A stretch of DNA of 64,000 nucleotides, from positions 18,848,001-18,912,000 of the forward strand of contig JBHGNT010000007.1 in NCBI GenBank assembly GCA_043228905.1, read 5' to 3'. The translations under genes were made by a program, and so were the position numbers. The notes beneath the pieces are model-generated. The model did not search any database and was not told where the DNA came from. It saw only the letters and a program-made list of their open reading frames with translations. The stretch comes from Azolla caroliniana (Eukaryota > Plantae > Polypodiophyta). Below, piece after piece: positions 58,991-64,000 of this stretch (within the stretch, counting starts at the first letter, position 1; each line of letters starts with the position of its first letter).

Positions 58991-60779
58991 CTACTCCCAA
59001 ATCCATCCTTAGATGCTCTAAACCATCACATTAGATGCGCCTTCTAGGCCCCACATTCTCTTGAGGTATTATCACTATTCCTTCTTTGGTGTGACATGAA
59101 GCTTTAAATCCTAAATCCTTTCAATTATCTCCACAAGCATCTTCTCATTTATGCACAGTTGGTTGGGACTGTAATGCGACATCTCCCAAATCCGGAAAAA
59201 AACACACTTACAAGCTCTGCCGATTATCCAACAATTGCATCACATTCACCTAAGTCATTCAGATGAAGCCTTTTGTGAATCATCCAGACCTAGATGACAC
59301 CCAACCCTAGATTTATTCCGAAAATGATGAAAAACTTACCTCCTCAACAGCACCATCACCACAAATCAATGATGATTCCGCCACACTAGCAGACTCACCT
59401 CTTAGAAACCTTAGATCCAAGCGATGTAAACAACATCCATCGCCTCTTCTACGCTTCTGCCGCCTATAATTCATTCTGGATGAAGGGGATCGGGATATCG
59501 TGCTGAAACAAAAATGCATTAGGGTTTTAGGGTCTACGGCAGAAATCTAGGAATCTAAATGAAGATAACATAAGAAAAAGAAGAGTGAGAGAAAAACACA
59601 GGAAAAAGAGTACCTGCACCCACCGGCTCCAAGCAAATTGTTCTGAAATCTATGCAGGAAGCTGAAAGAACGAACGACACGAAGCTAAAATGGAAACAGA
59701 GAAAAATGAAGAAGGAAAGAACAGAGGAAATCGTCTGGTTTTTTGGGGGGGCTTCTGCACAACAGTGTATGTCTGATACCCCTCAAGTTTTTTGAAAATT
59801 CGTAGAATGCCCTCGCATTACTTTTTGTTATTTTTCTTAAAAGTCTTGATATATTTCTAGAAGAGGTGAATGAAGGTGTCAAGTGTTTCTTTCGTTAATT
59901 CTTATGTATATTTTTTCGGCGTATTCGTATTCTACGTATTGCGCGTATTTTTATCTTTAGAATACGTATTCTAAGCACCTTGTCAAGTGTTCTCTTCGTA
60001 TTCTGCGTATTTTTCACGTATTTTATCTTTAGAATACGTATTCTAAGTATTTTTGAAGTAAATGTAGAATATACTTGGTGTACACATATTGTACACACTT
60101 AATATCTTCTTTTTCTAATATGGAAAGACCATGCATTTGTTTCTTTAGTCTTGCATGGGCACATATTTCGTGCAAAGAGTATTTCAACGCATTTCCATTT
60201 ATCATATGCTTCCTTGTACGTTCCATAGTTCATATTCTCCTCTTCGTTGCCTTTAGTAAGCTTACTAATTCTCATCATTTGTCGTATTGTTTATTTTTGT
60301 TTCATTTTTTTCATTTCTTCCACAATTGTTTCGAGCAAAATCTCGAGCCTGTGTATAACTTCCCTTTTTTGTGCCTTTCTCCCTTAGCACACACCACACA
60401 ATGTCAGTGAGTTTTTCAGATGGGACCCTAATAGAATTGGTAAAAGAAGAACACAATTATGTCATTGACTTCTGTAAACATATTATAAAAGGTGAGGCAC
60501 TTGTTAGATGAGCATATTAGTGGAGGGAAGAACCTCAAGACCATATCATGGTCTAGACTCTACACGTGATGATGACTACGATGATAAATGCAACAATGAG
60601 ACGACAAAGAAACAAAGGTAAAATTAGAGAAGTAAAAAAAGAGATGTAGAGAGAGGATAGAGAAGTAGTACAAAGAGAGAAGGTTTTATAGCACCGTCTG
60701 AATGGGAAAAATATCTCGTTGGGATGATATAACAAATGATGGATTTAAAAAATATGTATGCATTGGCGATTTGATCATA

Positions 60780-61850
60780 TGTTTTATTAGTGTTGGGATT
60801 GCGGTTTCATGCCAACAAGTTGGAATGTGGACCTAATGAAATTGTTACCAAAGGTACCATTCCCCGAGTCATTTTGTCAATGGAGACCAATTTTACTGAT
60901 GGGAGGTTTACATAAGGCGCTTGTGAAGACATTATCAAACTAACTCAAATTTTGTTTACTACAATTTATTCATCCAATTGATTATAGGTAGAAGTATATT
61001 GCACAATGTATTGAATGTTCAAATGGCAATGGATTATGCTCGACATGCAAATCAAGAAGTGATTATAGTGCAATTAAATAAGAAATGGCATATGATCATA
61101 TCATTTAGTCTTTTGACTTAGGACTAATGCATAACATATGTTTTCGATTAGATTATCTTGAATTATATTTGTACTTGGGGAAAATGCAACATCTTGTGTA
61201 ATGTGTAATGGTGGGATCATTCCATACATTTTCATCTCCCTAGATTGGTACAACAAGGATGCCATCTCATTCCTTTGTTATTTGTCATTGTTACTTGTCG
61301 GTAAAGTTATCAAATCTTACAATTGTTTGCGGTGATATTGTAGGGTTATATATAATGTTCAAAAGACAACTAGTGATGATTGCTTTCATTAATGATTCCT
61401 TCATACTTTTACATGCCTAAAGAAAATCTCGAGAAGAGTATGTTAAAATGGAATCTATTTACCTTAGCTTTAGGGTTGCATATGAATCGGAGAAACTCTT
61501 GTTTGGTTCCTTGTATTGAGACTAATTTACAATTTTTGGGATGATAGGATCAATGATTAATAGGGGTACATTGTTTTGACATTTGAGGTATCCATTGGGA
61601 GTTGATGTTTCAAATTCTTAATTAATTTAGTGGATTGACAATAAGTTTAAGGAAGGTTTATGTAATGTTTCAATTGTGGGCATTTCATTTATGACCCAAA
61701 GTGAATGTATATTTGGAGCCCATGCTTTTATATTTTTTACAATGGTTTCTTTGGACCAAGGTGTTAAACGAGATGTTGCAACCTCTTTGGTTTATGTTGT
61801 GGTGAAAGAAGGAAACGATGGGAGTTATATGGATTTCATGGGACCATTTG
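60780..61850 (+). mobile_element. Highly decayed LINE RT fragment
   Basis: Manual translation gives WNVDLMKLLPK...WRPILLMGGLHKAL...RSILHNVLNVQMAMDYA...AYDHI, with many stops. Confidence 0.65.
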
Positions 61851-61989
61851 GCTACTATCAGCGTTTAGGTAGTTCGTGGATATTGAATTTGTATATGCAT
61901 TTGACGGCTTGTCGTTTTTTTCCAAAAAGATTTCCTTCATTAGTATTAAGAAAAAAACGCCGGAAGGCTACAAAATGTACAATTAGAGA

Positions 61990-62831
61990 GTGTTATATAC
62001 AAAAAGGATAATCAGGGGAAGGGCTAGGGGTGATGATATTTCCAGATCGGTCCTTGAGAGGAGACCATGAATAGAGGCAACTTCCTCCATAACTGTAGTA
62101 ATTTTTTCCTTTTCTTAAGAGCAACCTCTGAAGAGCCCGACATATTGTCATTTGCCCATGCACTACTGCCAATAAGCTCTTGCATAATTCTGGCAATATA
62201 TCTGAGAGAAGGGGAATTATGGAATCATATCGTCTTTTACACCGATACTTCCATAAGGTCCATAATGTAATCGTGGATACGGTTTTCCATACATGGATTG
62301 CACACATTTGCTTTTGAGGTTGCTGAAAAAGGGAGACAAATATTAAATGCTTGTTGATGATTGTCTTAGCCTCTAGAGCATCATCTGCCTCATACAATAA
62401 GATATTGGAATGGAGAACCCCCCATACCGCAGATCCCCAGAAGAAGAGGCAACCTGCATAAATTGTCAGGAATAAAGAAAGAACTTTATTCCATACCTAC
62501 AGGGCTAGTGAACAGGACCAGAGAGCATGCTTGGTAGTTTCCTGCAAGTTACCACAATAACTACATTGTCTAAGAACGGGTGCCACGTTTCCTTTCAAAG
62601 ACTGACCTACAAGTAGTGCTGCATGTAGTAAAAGCCATCTGAAGAGAGTTTATTTTGTTGGTCCCCTAAAAGACCAAATCCATTTCCAATAAGTCTTCAA
62701 ATGATTGGTTGAAACACCCCCTAGTTATTCTAGTGCTTTTGAGCCGCAGGAGTTGGAATATTCTTAGACATGAGTAAGGTTCTACCAAATTTCACAATAT
62801 ACTGGAAGAACGGAACTTTCTGCATTGGATA
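61990..62831 (-). mobile_element. LINE ORF2 3' end (zf-RVT region)
   Basis: CSYCGNLQETTKHALWSC and VWKTVSTITLWTLWKYRC resemble the C-terminus of the 23-kb LINE. Confidence 0.7.
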
Positions 62832-64000
62832 TGTTAAGTAATTAGGTAATTAACTAGGGTTAATTAGAGACTAATTATATGGTTACATTAAGCAGCGGAA
62901 TATTAGTATGATATGCGCGTGAAAGTTTGTCAGAGGAAGAGAGAGAGAGAGGAAGTTACACTTGATCACAAAGATAAATGGGGGATGATTGACTATATTG
63001 AAAAGTGTCATCAACATACAAAAATACCCACAATGAGGTATATATACAACCCATGTGCAAAGGTGCACATGTGTGGGTAGAACATAGGTACTTATGTGTA
63101 AGTCCTACATTAAATGTACTAAGGAGTGGAGGATCTAGAATATCCCACATAAGTACAAGGTCCTATTTAAAGGCTTAAGGTCAACACATTAACTAGATTC
63201 GATCTAGGTAGTTGCTAAGTTACATGTGTTGACTAACTAGATTAAACTAGTTGAGCTTGATATCTCAACACGCCCCCTCAAGCTCAAGTGTGAGGCGTCC
63301 AACATCCGGTTTAGCTTCCTTCGGCTTCGTCGGCATCGGTGCGGCTTGCGGTTTTCTTCGCGGTGTTGCGCGGCTTTCTTCACGTCTTCGCGGCTTCGTT
63401 GCGCGGCTCTCTGCGGCTTTGTTGCGCGGCTTTCTTTGCTTCTTCACGGCTTCGTTGTGCGGTTCTTCGCGTCTTCGCGGCCTCGTTGCGCGGCTCTCCG
63501 CGACTTATTCTCCCCCTCAAGCCTGTGACGAAGGCTTGGATCCTTGGGCTCTTGTTTGGCCACTACCTTCATCGTGAGGGCATAGTGATGGGCCATATAC
63601 TCGTTGTAGGCGTAACAAGTGACTTGGGTCTTCGCTCGTGATGAGCGGCGGAGTTTCTCGTTTGTCGATGTGAGTGCCTTCTTTACTCCGGGTGTCCTCA
63701 TGATGGGTACACCGAACTCATTGTCTAGTGAGCGAGCCGAATCATCCGAGTTACGGTCATCGGGGTGGACCACGACTTCGTATTCGGGCATCTTACCTTT
63801 GCCTTTGTCCGATGTCGGACTTGGCCGCGACTTGTTTTCATCGCGTGGAGGCTCTTGTGGGCCAATTAGCTCGGTAGAGCTTGGATTGTCCTTCGGTGGA
63901 GGACTTGGCCGAGTTTCGTTGTCCGAGTTGGCGTTCAACTCTTCCTTGATCGGGTCGGATGGAGTCGCATCGGGCTTATACCAAGATGCCGATTCGTCGA
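62832..64000 (-). mobile_element. 3' part of a copia element (3' LTR 62832-63270), related to the 28397 element; continues beyond the window
   Basis: Minus strand reads CTTGAGCTTGAGGGGGCG|TGTTGAGATATCAAGCTC, the same PPT/LTR junction as at 33144. Integrase tail DKGKGKMPEYE...YNEYMAHHYA. Confidence 0.85.

Overview
Eukaryotic land-plant nuclear DNA, probably a non-seed plant such as a bryophyte (inferred from the TE types, not proven). It has short GT-AG introns and no prokaryotic features. Two host genes flank a roughly 46-kb pile of nested, decayed retrotransposons. At the left is the 5' part of a minus-strand, intron-containing gene resembling RNA Pol II CTD phosphatase-like 3 (CPL3). At 53.6-54.9 kb is an intronless L-type lectin receptor-like protein with no kinase domain. 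The TE content comprises a complete 11-kb non-chromovirus Ty3/gypsy element with a ~1045-codon extra ORF, several Ty1/copia elements (one full-length, one gag-only), four LINE remnants, a hAT-type MITE and many solo LTRs. Most boundaries were resolved by target-site duplications (TSDs). The most unusual signal is in the 11-kb gypsy. It has no polypurine tract next to its 3' LTR and instead carries a copy of a tRNA-Arg 3' end (ending CCA, 2 nt from the LTR) that is complementary to its own PBS. The second signal is a tRNA-Trp-primed gypsy family with TGTCRYGA...TCRYGACA ends. Its five insertions all hit a 4-bp [A/C]CG[G/T] site inside other TEs and share a U5 motif at a fixed position. All calls were made by eye, with no database search.
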